DNA of 60,763 nucleotides from an uncultured Verrucomicrobiota bacterium (GCA_945834475.1 CAMAHK010000004.1:1-60763), one strand, 5' to 3'; positions 8,240-18,028 are shown, numbered from the stretch's first letter. The notes: generated from the sequence alone by a model not told the origin. Numbers and translations are program-made.

Positions 8240-8413
8240 GGCGCAACTTCAAGACCAACCTGTGCTGTCCCTCGGAGTCCCTCTGTGCTTGATGAACTCC
8301 TCCCTGATAGCGGACGGTGATCTGCCCCGGTCCTCGGCTATCTGATTGGCGGAGCGTCCGCAGGCGGCGAGGAATTCCAGCCGGTTCCTGTCGTCGAATT
8401 TCATGTGTTTCAT
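8240..8413 (-). pseudogene. IS30-like transposase N-terminal HTH fragment (57 codons)
   Basis: My translation is MKHMKFDDRNRLEFLAACGRSANQIAEDRGRSPSAIREEFIKHRGTPRDSTGWS*. This resembles the HTH_38-type N-terminus of IS30 transposases (..GRSPSTISREIKRN..) and no catalytic domain follows. Confidence 0.4.
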
Positions 8414-8650
8414 CGTTCTTTTCCTTGTTCGTTTTGATCGGGCATTCGCGAAGGCTCACGCCCCTCTCCGAAAGCCCTGACACACGGATTCTACCGAATT
8501 CTGAAACTAAACGCGCGTCCCCTCCCCGGGGAGGGTAGTGGAAGAAAGACCACCTCCATCAAGAAGAGGTAATAATTACAGATAGTAAACGCTTCGGAAA
8601 AGAGGGTTTACTTCTGGAAGCCACAGAGCTCGGAATCCTCCGGGCATGAG

Positions 8651-8691
8651 ACAAAAGGGGGATTGCGCCAAGAGGATGATTAGGATAGAAT
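8651..8691 (+). promoter_or_regulatory. Promoter of the GH51 gene (upstream box + N22 + TAGAAT)
   Basis: ACAAAAGGGGGAT (8651-8663), a 22-nt spacer, then TAGAAT (8686-8691) lying in the 12-bp palindrome TAGAATATTCTA (8686-8697). GGAGG at 8709-8713 precedes ATG 8723. Confidence 0.45.
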
Positions 8692-8722
8692 ATTCTAATC
8701 ATAGACTTGGAGGATATACGTT

Positions 8723-10699
8723 ATGCTGACACATGTTCTGGTGGCTGCCTTGCCGTTGCTGACTCTTGCGCCTGATGCGGAGAAGACGTCCTTGGACGTC
8801 CCCGAGACGCTCTACGGCATTTTCTTTGAGGATATCAACTGGGCGGCGGATGGTGGCATCTACGCCGAGATGGTCGCGAACCGCGGGTTCGACTGGCGCA
8901 CGGAGCGTCCCGGCTACTGGGAATACGATTTCCGCGGCGGGGCCGAGGCGCGCGTGACGCAGGAATGGGCGAAGCCGCTCTATCCCGAGAACGCGCAGTA
9001 CCTGCGCATCGAGGCGATCGGCGCGGGCACGGGGTGCGGCGTCAGAAACCGCGGCTTTGCGAACGGTATGGTCGTGAAGGCGGGCGCGAAGTACGACCTC
9101 AAGTTCTACGCGCGCGGCACCGACGGCTACACGGGCAGCCTTCGCGTCGTTCTCGAAAAGCCGGCGGCGGAAAAGGGCAAGGCGCCCGAGCTCCTGGCCG
9201 AATACAAGGTCGCGCCCGGTGAGCTCAAGGTCGGAAAGGCGGGCGCGACGCCGTTTGACCGGGAACTCGCGGACTGGACGAAGTTCACGGCCGTCCTGGA
9301 GCCGACGGCGGACGCGACGAACGCGACGCTCTCGATTCTTCTCGATACGAAGGGCATCGTCGACCTTGAGTTCGTCTCGCTCTTCCCTGAGGAGACGTAC
9401 AAGCGTCAGCCGAACGGGCTGCGTCCCGACCTCGTCGAGAAGCTGGCCGCGCTGCAGCCGAAGCTCATCCGTTTTCCGGGCGGCTGCATCGCCGAGGGCG
9501 ATGACTTCATGAGCTGGTTCGACTGGAAGCGCTCGGTCGGTCCCGTCGAACGCCGCTATCTGAACGAGAACCGCTGGGATACGGAAGGCGGCAAGCGCAA
9601 CCTCGTCTACTGGCAGACGCAGGGTCTCGGCTACTTCGAGTACTTCCGACTTTGCGAGGACCTCGGCGCCGAACCGCTCCCGATCTGTCTCGCGGGGCTC
9701 ACCTGCCAGTATCGCCGGCCGACCCACTACGCGCCGCTCGATTCGCTCGACTATTTCGTGACGAACATCTGCGACCTCATCGAATTTGCGACGGGCAATC
9801 CGGCGACGAATCCGTGGGCGAAGATCCGCGCCGAGATGGGACATCCCGCGCCGTTCGCGCTGCACTATGTCGGCATTGGCAATGAGAACTGGGACAAGCC
9901 GTTCTTCGACCGCTTCCCGCTCATCGCCTCGAAGGTGAAGGCGCTCTATCCGAACGTGACGATCGTGAGCTCGTCGGGTCCGAATGTGGACGAGGGCCGC
10001 TGGGAGCGCGCGTGGGAGTTCATGACGAAGTATGGTGCGGAGATCTTGGACGAGCACTACTACCGTCCGCCGGACTGGTTCCTCAAGAACGCGAACCGCT
10101 ACGACACGTATTCGCGCACGGCCCCGAAGGTCTATGCGGGCGAATACGCCTGTCACGAGAAGGGACGCGAGAACTCGCTTCACTCGGCGATCTGTGAGGC
10201 GGCGATGATGTGTGGCTTCGAGCGCAACTGCGACGTCGTCCGGATGAGCTCGTACGCACCGCTCTTCAACAATCTCGATGCGCCGGGCTACCATTGGCGT
10301 CCCGACATGATCTGGTTCGACAAGACGCGTGTCTTCGGCACGCCCAACTACTACGTGCAGAAGCTCTTCGCGACGAACCGTCCCGACGTAACGGTGCCGG
10401 TGAAGGCGGGGGTGAATTGCGCGACGGCGTTCTGGTCGGTGGGTCAGAAGCTGGACGGGACGACGATCGTGAAGCTCGTCAATGCGGCGGGCGAGGCGCA
10501 GCCGATTGCGCTGGATCTCGCGCTGTCGGCGGGAACACTGACGGTCGAGACCGTGACGGACGCCGATCCGAACGCGGTCAATACGATTGACGATCCCGAA
10601 CGCGTGACGATCAAGACGACGACGGAGGCGTTTGCGGGCGGTTCGCTCACGCGCGAACTCGCGCCGTGGAGCGCGACGGTTCTCAAGCTCGCGAAGTAA
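8723..10699 (+). CDS. GH51 alpha-L-arabinofuranosidase (with N-terminal CBM-like domain)
   Basis: 658 aa with a signal peptide. It carries LYGIFFEDINWAADGGIYAEMVANRGFD, IGNENW (acid/base region) and YAGEYAC, all typical of GH51. Confidence 0.85.
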   Translation: MLTHVLVAALPLLTLAPDAEKTSLDVPETLYGIFFEDINWAADGGIYAEMVANRGFDWRTERPGYWEYDFRGGAEARVTQEWAKPLYPENAQYLRIEAIGAGTGCGVRNRGFANGMVVKAGAKYDLKFYARGTDGYTGSLRVVLEKPAAEKGKAPELLAEYKVAPGELKVGKAGATPFDRELADWTKFTAVLEPTADATNATLSILLDTKGIVDLEFVSLFPEETYKRQPNGLRPDLVEKLAALQPKLIRFPGGCIAEGDDFMSWFDWKRSVGPVERRYLNENRWDTEGGKRNLVYWQTQGLGYFEYFRLCEDLGAEPLPICLAGLTCQYRRPTHYAPLDSLDYFVTNICDLIEFATGNPATNPWAKIRAEMGHPAPFALHYVGIGNENWDKPFFDRFPLIASKVKALYPNVTIVSSSGPNVDEGRWERAWEFMTKYGAEILDEHYYRPPDWFLKNANRYDTYSRTAPKVYAGEYACHEKGRENSLHSAICEAAMMCGFERNCDVVRMSSYAPLFNNLDAPGYHWRPDMIWFDKTRVFGTPNYYVQKLFATNRPDVTVPVKAGVNCATAFWSVGQKLDGTTIVKLVNAAGEAQPIALDLALSAGTLTVETVTDADPNAVNTIDDPERVTIKTTTEAFAGGSLTRELAPWSATVLKLAK

Positions 10700-10702
10700 G
10701 CG

Positions 10703-11940
10703 GTGATGACGCGGTTCGTGCTGATTCTGGCGTTCTTGGCCGCGACGTGTATCGCGGCGGAGCCGCTTCAGCACGGACCGCAGACGCTGTCGGGTACGGT
10801 GACGTTCGCCGAGCCGAAGGGGGCGTTCTTCTTCTTTCGGACGGATGCGGGAGCGTGGTGGCGCGCGGCGTTGAACCACGACCAGCCGGAGACGCGTCCC
10901 GGTGATTACGTGACGTTGCGAGGCGATGTTCTGTACCAAACGGTCAACAATCGCATTGATCATTGTGTCTTGATGTCTGTCGAACATCGTGAGGATTTTG
11001 AGCCGTCTTATGAGAATGTCTCTGTCTCGCAGCTCCATGAACACCCGGTCATGGGTTCGACGGAACCGGATCGTTTTGCGCGGCTTGTGAGCGTGTCGGG
11101 ACGTGTGACGGACATCAACCGGCGCATGACGGCCGTGCAGGTGATGCTTTCGGATGGGCAGAAAAGTCTCACGGTCACGTCCTTCCTGCGGGCAGAGTGT
11201 CCGCTCCCCGAGGAGCCGCCGCTTGCACGGACGCTGGCGGGCGGACTGCTGATGATCCTGCAGGAGGCCGTCGGGAATGCGATTCGTCATGGTCAGGCGC
11301 GGCACGTGGCCGTGCGCGTCAGCTTCGAGGCGCATCGCCTGGTGCTGACGATCGTCGACAACGGGTGTGGCTTTGATTGTGGCGCAACGTCGGCGAAGGA
11401 CCTTGGCCTCGGCTTCTGGACGCGCTGCGGACGATTGCGGCGGGAGGTCCCTTTCAGGAAGAGACGCTGCCGGAGGTGCCGAGCATGCTGACGGCGCGCG
11501 AGATGGACGTTCTCAAGTATCTCGCCCTCGGCAAGACGCGCGAAGAAGTCGGCCTTATCCTCGGCATCGCCCATTCGGCGGTGGCGATGCCCGGCGAGCC
11601 CTATGCCGTGTCGTTCCCGATCAACCCGCTTTCCGATCTTCCCGGCGACAAGATCGTCTCCGTCGACCTGTCGTATTCCGCCGACTTCGGCGAGGAGAAG
11701 TCTGTCCCGATGACGGCTGCGGCGAAGGCCGACGTGGAACGGCACGAAGAACGGACTTTACGCCGAGCTCGACCAGCACAAGGCGCATCCGCTTTTCGGC
11801 GGCCGCCGCATCATCAGTCATGTCGCGAACGGCAATCCGTCCGCGCAGCTCGGCGCGCCGGGGACGCCGAAGGAAGAGACGCCGGGTACTTGGCTTGCGT
11901 GACGCTCGACGACGGCACCAAGCCGACCGTCTGGCGCTGA
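10703..11940 (+). pseudogene. Patchwork of gene fragments: sensor N-terminus, HATPase_c fragment, LuxR-HTH fragment and others
   Basis: A signal peptide and sensor-like N-terminus jump directly to LLMILQEAVGNAIRHG..IVDNGCGFD, with no TM or HisKA domain. Another frame holds LDALRTIAAGGPF..LTAREMDVLKYLALGKTREEVGLILGI, a LuxR C-terminal domain with no receiver domain. Unrelated fragments follow. Compare the intact pair at 41040-43557. Confidence 0.6.
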
Positions 11941-12030
11941 AAATTTCGGGGCCCTCCCCATTCTGGCGCTCCAAGCCGAGTACCCGTTTGTCGTTTTGGT
12001 GTGCCGCGAGATATGATATGATGTCGCACG

Positions 12031-12906
12031 ATGGTTGAGGCATTTAAATTCCAGATTGTTCGTGGCGATGAACTTACGGGCGCGCTCAGCAACGAGCTGG
12101 CGGCTGTTTTTTCGTCGTCTTATGGAAAGTGGAGTGTTGATGTTCCTCCCCCGCGCAAGCCAGGCGGGCAGATTCGCATGAAGGCGGATGTTTATCGCCG
12201 CTGGTATGCTCGGTCCGAATATCGTTTCGCTCTCTGTCGTACAGAGGAAGGGCGACTTATCGGCCAGGCAGTCTACATTGAATTGTCGACATCTCGTGGA
12301 AAGATTGCCTTCGTGGTTCAGCTTGTCGTCGATGAGGGCCATCGTCATCAAGGCATTGCAACTTCGCTTCTTCACTCGATATGGGGGTTCTCCGATTATT
12401 ATGCTTGGGGAATCGTAACTTCTTCGTCATGTACGATAGAGGCCCTAGAAGGCGCAACTTTTCGCCGAGGTGTTCCTGCACGTATTGCCCAAGACGCTGA
12501 TTTTTTACGCACGGAGCTTTTCTCGAAAATCGAATTTCTGAAAAGTGCTGCATGGACGCTTTCGGATGAAGTCTCTTATATCGATACACAATTCTTCACT
12601 GACCGCACGCATGTGATTTCAGGTCGCTCCAATGTCCCCGCTCGATATGGCGCACTTCCATCGGGGCAAGAGTGGCTGTCTGTGATTTTCCGCGATCAGT
12701 CGCCGACGCAACTCGATTCTTTTGCAGGAGTCATCGCACGTTCATCTCAGATCGTAGCTGATGCTTATCGCCGCATGCCGCAATCTTCTCAGCCCTGGTC
12801 GCGGAAGGCAAAGGATGAAATAGACACGATTCTTTCGTTCGCCTACCGGGCATGCGGTTATCACTGTTGCAAACAGTTGCTTCGCCGAAAAAGGATCAAT
12901 TGTTGA
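12031..12906 (+). CDS. GNAT-family N-acetyltransferase-like protein
   Basis: VVQLVVDEGHRHQGIATSLL fits GNAT motif A. It lies in a lower-GC patch. The 3' end overlaps an open frame (from 12824) that continues into 12971..13240. Confidence 0.55.
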   Translation: MVEAFKFQIVRGDELTGALSNELAAVFSSSYGKWSVDVPPPRKPGGQIRMKADVYRRWYARSEYRFALCRTEEGRLIGQAVYIELSTSRGKIAFVVQLVVDEGHRHQGIATSLLHSIWGFSDYYAWGIVTSSSCTIEALEGATFRRGVPARIAQDADFLRTELFSKIEFLKSAAWTLSDEVSYIDTQFFTDRTHVISGRSNVPARYGALPSGQEWLSVIFRDQSPTQLDSFAGVIARSSQIVADAYRRMPQSSQPWSRKAKDEIDTILSFAYRACGYHCCKQLLRRKRINC

Positions 12907-12970
12907 GCTTGCTTCGCCGACACCTGTTGAGCTTCTTGACGCAGTCTTTAAGCTTCGTCCCTCAAACGCC

Positions 12971-13240
12971 ATGGTGTCGTCGGGCGAATTCTTTGAAACG
13001 GAAGGGGTGTGGGATCGTTCGACGGGATTGTTCTATCACAAGGAGCAGTTCTCGGGTGGCGCGTCTGGCCTTGATGCGGAATATCTTGTCGTCGATCGGC
13101 GTTATACAAGAGAAGAAATTGTCGATCTTCTAAATTCTGCCAGACTCAAAGTCTGTACCTCCTGTTTCGTGCGTTCCGGATTCAATAAGCCTTTCTCTGT
13201 CGCTTCCGGAAAGGAGATTCTCGTCCTTGCATCTTTGTAG
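12971..13240 (+). CDS. Hypothetical protein (possibly the frameshifted continuation of the previous gene)
   Basis: 89-aa ORF. The frame is open upstream to 12824 with no ATG. No family recognised with confidence. Confidence 0.3.
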   Translation: MVSSGEFFETEGVWDRSTGLFYHKEQFSGGASGLDAEYLVVDRRYTREEIVDLLNSARLKVCTSCFVRSGFNKPFSVASGKEILVLASL

Positions 13241-13321
13241 TGCGCCCGCTATCGGGTTGGTGCATGCTGACTAGACACATTGACGGTGTCAAACTTACCC
13301 AAAGGTGGTGTTTCCAAGCAG

Positions 13322-13351
13322 AGTACCCGGCGTGACCTCACGCCGGATACT
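13322..13351. repeat. REP element (30-bp imperfect palindrome)
   Basis: AGTACCCGGCGTGACCTCACGCCGGATACT. Confidence 0.8.
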
Positions 13352-13369
13352 CCCCTTTGTGCCTATCCC

Positions 13370-13411
13370 CCTTTAGTGTGATGGCGCGATTTCGCGTTGT
13401 AAGTGTATAAT
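13370..13411 (+). promoter_or_regulatory. Promoter (upstream box + N23 + TATAAT)
   Basis: CCCTTTAGTGTGAT ends at 13382 and TATAAT is at 13406-13411, preceded by TG. Confidence 0.45.
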
Positions 13412-13440
13412 ACATCATAGATAATTTTCAAAAATTGTCA

Positions 13441-13450
13441 GGGGGGGGGG
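13441..13450 (+). repeat. G10 homopolymer in the 5' leader of the PATR surface-protein gene
   Basis: Read directly. It lies between the -10 box (13406-13411) and ATG 13497. Confidence 0.95.
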
Positions 13451-13496
13451 TAAATGGTCTGTTATCTCTCTCCTTGACCTAAGGGGAACTCTGACA

Positions 13497-15746
13497 ATGA
13501 AGAAATCGTTGCTGATTCTGACGGCACTCGCGGCGGGCGGGGCTTTCGCGGCGGATATTCCGTGGGATCCGGAGACGAAGGCGTATGACCTTGGTGCTGA
13601 TGATGTCATCACCTTTTCGGCGAATCAGACGATCAACGGCGACTACACCTTTACGGGTTCGGGCACGATCAAGCAGACGGCCGGCGAGCTGAAGCTCTCT
13701 TATACGCCGCTCACGGCTGGCTATCCGTTCATCAACTTCGCGGGCCGGATTGTCATCGAGAACGCCGTGCTGAACGGCGACTTTGGTCTCCATGGTGAAG
13801 GCAAAAACGGACAGGCGAACCATTCACTGGGCGAGAATTCGACGCTGGTCCTCAAGAACGCGATGTTCAGTCCGCTCGCACGGAACTCGAACAACACGTT
13901 CCTTCCGTCGATCGTCGTCAATCCCGGCGACAACGGCGAGGGTAGCAAGCTCGACAACACCCTCTGCCGCAGCGCAAATGCGGGTGCCCATGTGACGATC
14001 ACCGGAGCGCTTTCCGGTGCCGGCGATCTCATGTTCGAAGGTCGGTCGCGCAAGCTCGAGCTTCAGGGCAACAACGCGGGCTATTCGGGAGCGCTGACGG
14101 TCATTGGACTCGCAGGCGATGGTTTCATCTTCCGGAATGCGAACTCGGGCAGTGCGGACGCCTCTTTCGATCACAACCGTCCCGAGCGCATCTACATCCA
14201 TGCCAAGACGGGCGAGACGATTGCGCTCGGCGCGCTGACGACGGGAGAGAAGACGGATAAGATCGACATCGCCAATCGCGGGCTGATCGTTGAAATCGGT
14301 GCACGTGAAGGGAGGGACAGCACGATCACGGTGCCGTTCTGGACGAATCCGGCGACCATCCGCAAGGTCGGCGACACGACGACCCTCACGTTCACGGAGG
14401 CGGTCACCTTCCCGAACGATACGATTCTCGAAGCCAAGGCCGGTACCGTTCAGGCCGGGGCTTGCAACCTGTCGAACGTCGTCGTCCGTCTCACAGCGGG
14501 CGTGCCGGTGAAGCTCGGCGAGAACGTGACGGTGGCGCTCAATGCGGACGGCGATCCTGCGCTCACCGGTTCGGGAGAAGTGCGCGTCGGCAAGTTCGAA
14601 GCGGACGGCATGTCGAAGATTGTCATCGGCGAGGGCGTTACGCTCCTCCTCGGTTGCTCGCAGACGATTACGCGGACGATGGTCGAAGGCGAAGGTGACT
14701 TTGGGTTCTGTGGTGGCAGGATGACGCTGGACGTGCAGAGCGATTACTTCACGATGGACGGCCCAAAGAAGCTGGTCCTTGCCGGCGTCGAGGTCTATGC
14801 CGGCACGTCGAACGGCGCCAACATCGACATTCCCCTTGAGATTGCCGCTGGCACGACGAACAAGGTGCACGCGACGAACGCGAACCTCACGATCCGCGAT
14901 CTGACGGGTAGCGGTTATCTCGACTACTACAGCGATGAGAAGCGTGGCCCGCAGGTGAAAGGCGATTGCTCGGGCTTCGCCGGTACGCTGCGCCTCTGGG
15001 GTGGATGGGGGAAATTCGCACCGCCGACCGGCTGGTACGGTAACGCTGCTGGTTCGGCGAACGCGGTCTGGATTCTCAATCAGGATTGGTATGTGGGCCG
15101 CGACGGCGACATGTCGTATACCTTCTTTGATCAGGATCTGAAGGGCGAGGCGCTCAAGTTCGGCGCAATGATCCAGGAAGCGCCCGACTGTCGTCTCCGC
15201 GCGGGATCGACGAGACAGGACCGTCATGGCATGAAGATCGAAGTCGGTGCGCGTGAGGATGTCGATTCGGTCATCAACGGCAAGTTTACCTGTTCGCGTG
15301 TGGCGCTCAAGAAGGTCGGTGCGGGGAGCTGCCTCACGCTCGGCACGGGGTTTGGTGCGGTGGCCAATTCGACGCTCGACATTGCCGAAGGCACGCTTGG
15401 TTTCAATCTGCCGGGTGAGGATGGCGCGGTGACGACGCTCACGGATTACAGCGTGACGATCGCCGAGGGCGTGAAGGTGCGCGTCGCGATGACAGCCGAG
15501 CAGTTTTCGGCGCTGAAGAGGAATGCTGGATACGAAGTCGCGAAGCTGCCGTCGAATCCGGGTTTCAAGCCGGAGACGGAACTTTACGTCGATGGCGTGG
15601 CCGCCGAGCAGTTGGAAGGGGTGGATTGGAAGGTCGCGTCGTGGAAGGTTCGCTTTGAGAGCCGTGCTGCCACGGAAACGGCGGCGGCTTATACGGCGGC
15701 AGTTCTCCGTTACAGACCGTCCAGCATCACGATCATCGTCCGTTAA
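13497..15746 (+). CDS. Secreted PATR-repeat (autotransporter-associated beta-strand repeat-like) surface protein
   Basis: 749 aa. The signal peptide is MKKSLLILTALAAGGAFA. Repeats of the K(K)VG.G..TL..... type are present, and the C-terminus is PSSITIIVR. Confidence 0.65.
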   Translation: MKKSLLILTALAAGGAFAADIPWDPETKAYDLGADDVITFSANQTINGDYTFTGSGTIKQTAGELKLSYTPLTAGYPFINFAGRIVIENAVLNGDFGLHGEGKNGQANHSLGENSTLVLKNAMFSPLARNSNNTFLPSIVVNPGDNGEGSKLDNTLCRSANAGAHVTITGALSGAGDLMFEGRSRKLELQGNNAGYSGALTVIGLAGDGFIFRNANSGSADASFDHNRPERIYIHAKTGETIALGALTTGEKTDKIDIANRGLIVEIGAREGRDSTITVPFWTNPATIRKVGDTTTLTFTEAVTFPNDTILEAKAGTVQAGACNLSNVVVRLTAGVPVKLGENVTVALNADGDPALTGSGEVRVGKFEADGMSKIVIGEGVTLLLGCSQTITRTMVEGEGDFGFCGGRMTLDVQSDYFTMDGPKKLVLAGVEVYAGTSNGANIDIPLEIAAGTTNKVHATNANLTIRDLTGSGYLDYYSDEKRGPQVKGDCSGFAGTLRLWGGWGKFAPPTGWYGNAAGSANAVWILNQDWYVGRDGDMSYTFFDQDLKGEALKFGAMIQEAPDCRLRAGSTRQDRHGMKIEVGAREDVDSVINGKFTCSRVALKKVGAGSCLTLGTGFGAVANSTLDIAEGTLGFNLPGEDGAVTTLTDYSVTIAEGVKVRVAMTAEQFSALKRNAGYEVAKLPSNPGFKPETELYVDGVAAEQLEGVDWKVASWKVRFESRAATETAAAYTAAVLRYRPSSITIIVR

Positions 15747-15755
15747 GGAGATGTG

Positions 15756-17918
15756 ATGACACTTGTCAGTGCGCTGTTGGCGTCCGTGCTCCTCGTTGAG
15801 CCGGGCGCCAATCGTTTCGGCCAGACGTCCGTCGGGGAGACGCATGGTGGCTCCTGGACGTCCGAGACTGAATTCGCCATATCTGGGGCGTTGTCCGAAG
15901 CCGTGCGCATCGACTTTGCGCTCGATTTCGACGAGCTGTCCGGCGATTCGCCGGAGGGGCCTTGTCCGGGAGCGGGGGCTTTGGTGCCGGCGCAGTTCGA
16001 GGACGGAACGTATGGTTGCTGGTGCTGGGGCGACGGGCGATGGCTTGCCTTGCCGTGTCCCGCGGTTGAGAAGATGCGCCACCTTGACGGGCGTATCGAG
16101 TTACGGGATCTCGGGGATGATACGTTCGTCTCGTACGCCGTCAAAACGGGCGAGGTGTCTGTGACGCTTGAACTGATGGGGCGGCGTTGGTTTCGTGGCG
16201 CGGCGACGAGCGGGGTGCATTGGGTGCGGAAAGAAGGTGAAGGTGAGCTTGCGTCGTTCACCGGATTCGATGCGCCGATTTCGTCCGATGACTACACGCT
16301 TGCAACGTATCCCGGTACGGCTGAAACGACGATTGGCGGCGAGACGGCGCTGACGACGGATTTGACGGTATTGGCGGAGATGGGGACAGACCCGGTCGTG
16401 ATCGGCGGCTTGGTACGTCCGTGCATTGCGCTTGATACGGATCGTCCTTGCGTCGGCAAAGCACTGACGGCGAAGACATCGTCCTTCCTCGGACTCGACC
16501 TCGTCGCGACGTGCGTTTGGGAGGCTTTCGATCCCGATGGCGCGAATGGACATCTCGTTGCCACGGGCGACAGGATGACGCCGACATCCGAATTTTACGA
16601 GCATTGGCTACGCTTTCAGGCTGAGGATGCATATGGTGTCGTTGCCGAAAAGAAGTTCTATTTCTCCCGTCTTCCAGTTGCCTACATGACGACCGATGAC
16701 GGTGGTGATCCGACGGCGGAGAAGGAAGTGCACACCGGGAATCTGCGCGTCCAGGGTAATGACGCGTGGGCGATGCAGTATGACGGTGCGTATGAGATCA
16801 AGGTGCGTGGCAATTCGTCCGCCGGTAAGGCGAAGAAGCCGTACAAGGTGAAGCTTGATAAGAAGACGAAGATGTTCGGATTCCCGAAGAACAAGCACTG
16901 GGTGATGCTCGCGAATTACACGGACGATATCCAGATGCGGAACAAGCTCGCTTATGATTTCGCGAACGATATCGGGAGCCTTGGTATGAAGTCCACCTGG
17001 GTGGTCGGAATCTTGAACGGACGCTACGACGGACTCTACCAGTTCTGTGAGCATATCCGCGCCGATCCCGATCGCGTCCCGATTCACAATTGGGAGGATG
17101 ATGTTGCTGATGAGACGGACCTGTCGACGATTAATCCGTCGTCAGCCGATATCACCGGTGGCTATCTTGTCGAGTTCTCGATGGAGATGGATTCCGTTTC
17201 GCAATTCACGACGGCCGCTGGGAAACTGCGGATGCAGACGATGGTCGGTTCGCCCGAGTATCTGAAGACGAATCCTGCAATGTACAATTGGCTGAGGGGG
17301 TATCTGCAGAATTATTGGGACGCATGCGTCTCGCCCGATCGCAAGTCGAAGGAAGGTTTCCATTATCGCCAGTATGCGGACGTCAAGTCAATGGCCGATT
17401 ATCTGCTCGTCTACGAAATCTTCGCCAATTACGACGGCGCGCGCAAGAGTCGTTACGCGTACAAGGCCCACGGCGAGAAGCTGAAGTTCGGCCCCGTCTG
17501 GGATTTCGATCACTGCAGCGGCGATCCGGAAGGCTGGCAGACGATGTGGTCCGAGCATTCGATGTTTATGGAATGGGCGAGTGACCAGTATTTCTGCAAG
17601 GTGCTCCGTGGCCGCTATTGGGCGGTCCGTCCGCAGATACTCGCGCTGATCGCCGAGGGAGGTCCTGTCGATACGCACGCCGCTCTGATCGTCGAGGCGA
17701 TCGCCGCTGATGTGCGTCGCTGGGGTGGAACGCCGAACTTCGTGGAGGATATTGCGAATTATAAGCGCTTCATCTCGAGTCGCGTCGCGTGGTTCGACCG
17801 CCAGTTCGCAACCGTCGAATCGACGATCTCCTCGCTTTATAACGAAGCCCAGACGATTCCCGGCGTCTACAATCCCGAATATGTTTATCCCGGAGAATTC
17901 ACGATTTCCATTAAGTGA
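15756..17918 (+). CDS. CotH-family (kinase-like) protein
   Basis: AAGGAG lies 5 nt before ATG 15756 (the track starts at GTG 15753). NYTDDIQMRNKLAYDFANDIG and KLKFGPVWDFDHCSG match CotH signatures. Confidence 0.65.
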   Translation: MTLVSALLASVLLVEPGANRFGQTSVGETHGGSWTSETEFAISGALSEAVRIDFALDFDELSGDSPEGPCPGAGALVPAQFEDGTYGCWCWGDGRWLALPCPAVEKMRHLDGRIELRDLGDDTFVSYAVKTGEVSVTLELMGRRWFRGAATSGVHWVRKEGEGELASFTGFDAPISSDDYTLATYPGTAETTIGGETALTTDLTVLAEMGTDPVVIGGLVRPCIALDTDRPCVGKALTAKTSSFLGLDLVATCVWEAFDPDGANGHLVATGDRMTPTSEFYEHWLRFQAEDAYGVVAEKKFYFSRLPVAYMTTDDGGDPTAEKEVHTGNLRVQGNDAWAMQYDGAYEIKVRGNSSAGKAKKPYKVKLDKKTKMFGFPKNKHWVMLANYTDDIQMRNKLAYDFANDIGSLGMKSTWVVGILNGRYDGLYQFCEHIRADPDRVPIHNWEDDVADETDLSTINPSSADITGGYLVEFSMEMDSVSQFTTAAGKLRMQTMVGSPEYLKTNPAMYNWLRGYLQNYWDACVSPDRKSKEGFHYRQYADVKSMADYLLVYEIFANYDGARKSRYAYKAHGEKLKFGPVWDFDHCSGDPEGWQTMWSEHSMFMEWASDQYFCKVLRGRYWAVRPQILALIAEGGPVDTHAALIVEAIAADVRRWGGTPNFVEDIANYKRFISSRVAWFDRQFATVESTISSLYNEAQTIPGVYNPEYVYPGEFTISIK

Positions 17919-17926
17919 GGCACCCA

Positions 17927-17949
17927 GCCGCGAGGTCACTGCGGGTACT
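17927..17949. repeat. Degenerate REP copy
   Basis: GCCGCGAGGTCACTGCGGGTACT, compared with the consensus CGGCGTGAGGTCACGCCGGGTACT. Confidence 0.5.
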
Positions 17950-17955
17950 CTTTGT

Positions 17956-17990
17956 GGGCTTGAAATCATGAAATCTGTGATTTCAAGCCC
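17956..17990 (+). terminator. 13-bp perfect hairpin after the CotH gene
   Basis: GGGCTTGAAATCA (17956-17968), a 9-nt loop, then TGATTTCAAGCCC (17978-17990). There is no clear U-tract. Confidence 0.55.
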
Positions 17991-17998
17991 GATTATTA

Positions 17999-18028
17999 TT
18001 GACATCATGTTCGTGTTTGTGCGATAAT
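17999..18028 (+). promoter_or_regulatory. Canonical sigma70-like promoter (TTGACA-N18-GATAAT)
   Basis: TTGACA at 17999-18004 and TGcGATAAT ending at 18028. It lies in a lower-GC island. Confidence 0.5.

Noticed and set aside
8000-8240. A tRNA/tmRNA gene as the integration target next to the integrase module
   Set aside because: I found no cloverleaf-compatible sequence or GGTTCGAATCC-type T-arm here or elsewhere in the window. Only an imperfect GTGGCGTTTC...GAAACGCCAC inverted repeat is present. tRNAscan-SE would be decisive.
11377-11940. ORF 11377..11940 as an intact LuxR-family regulator
   Set aside because: Only the C-terminal HTH segment is recognisable. There is no receiver or ligand domain, and the remainder of the ORF is unrelated sequence in a region of obvious gene decay.
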